55,806 bases of DNA from a virus (Duplodnaviria; Caudoviricetes): positions 1-55,806 of IMG/VR virus record IMGVR_UViG_3300037780_000011; one strand, written 5' to 3'. A model generated the notes under the pieces. The model did no database searches, was not told the origin of the DNA, and saw only the letters and a program-made list of their open reading frames with translations. The first letter of the stretch is position 1, and each line of letters begins with the position of its first letter. Of this stretch, positions 55,547 to 55,806 are shown in pieces. Position numbers and translations under genes: made by a program.

Positions 55547-55806
55547 TGGGTGCTATTGCGTCAATTATCGGTGCCGCTGTATCAACTCTAGTCGCTGGTC
55601 CAATTGGCGCTATTTCAATCTTCGGGGCTAGTATTACACTAGGTCCGTTTGCATCCTTCCTAGTCCGCGCCGCTATCGGGCTTGCGCTAACTGCTCTATC
55701 ACCAAAGCCAAAAACTCCGAACATCGGAGACCCAAGGACACGGGGCTACAACGTAAACCAGCGTGGTTCCGCTCTCGACCATCAGATCATCTACGGACGT
55801 GCGCGC
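55546..55806 (+). CDS. 5' part of the J-like tail tip gene (continues at position 128)
   Basis: TAATG coupling at 55546; in frame with ORF 143..2725 across the junction. Confidence 0.85.
   Translation, partial: MGAIASIIGAAVSTLVAGPIGAISIFGASITLGPFASFLVRAAIGLALTALSPKPKTPNIGDPRTRGYNVNQRGSALDHQIIYGRAR
55680..55806. repeat. 127-nt copy of bases 1-127
   Basis: Exact identity. Confidence 0.95.

Noticed and set aside
55680-55806. Biological direct terminal repeat
   Set aside because: It is exactly 127 nt, a common assembly k-mer length, and falls in the middle of an in-frame tail gene.

Overview
The window is an apparently complete, circularly closed genome of a long-tailed dsDNA phage (siphovirus layout). 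It has about 55,679 bp of unique sequence, because bases 1-127 repeat exactly at 55680-55806. The host is probably an alphaproteobacterium, inferred from gene content and GANTC-containing promoters. Modules in order: tail tip and fibre, lysis, small accessory genes, recombination and replication (SF2 helicase, YqaJ exonuclease, SSB, Sak4-like ATPase, Cro-like HTH, primase-polymerase-helicase, iteron region), an isolated terminase small subunit followed by repeats, a strongly GATC-enriched island of acidic genes, early genes including thyX, terL and portal, a structured non-coding RNA cluster, phoH/MTase/MazG/nrdJ/tRNA, head, neck (with a methyltransferase-glycosyltransferase trio) and tail. 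No integrase or replicative DNA polymerase was recognised. The main result is an antisense operon at 48126-49711, inserted between the tail terminator and the tail tube genes. It encodes a 162-aa unknown protein, a nuclease-less IS110/Nop-domain protein, and five stem-loop units that all read CCR-N9-(A/T)G-N4-CCR-N9-AG with different 9-mers. This is a stem-loop TIGR-type dual-spacer guide array with a TasA-like effector; one guide lies inside the effector coding sequence and another overlaps its stop codon. Other strong leads are a cluster of tRNA-acceptor-like structured RNAs (35673-36050), a roughly 10-fold GATC-enriched island (23202-24531) and a ThyX with an in-frame HNH-type domain that lacks intein motifs. 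All protein calls come from reading motifs by eye; no database searches were run.
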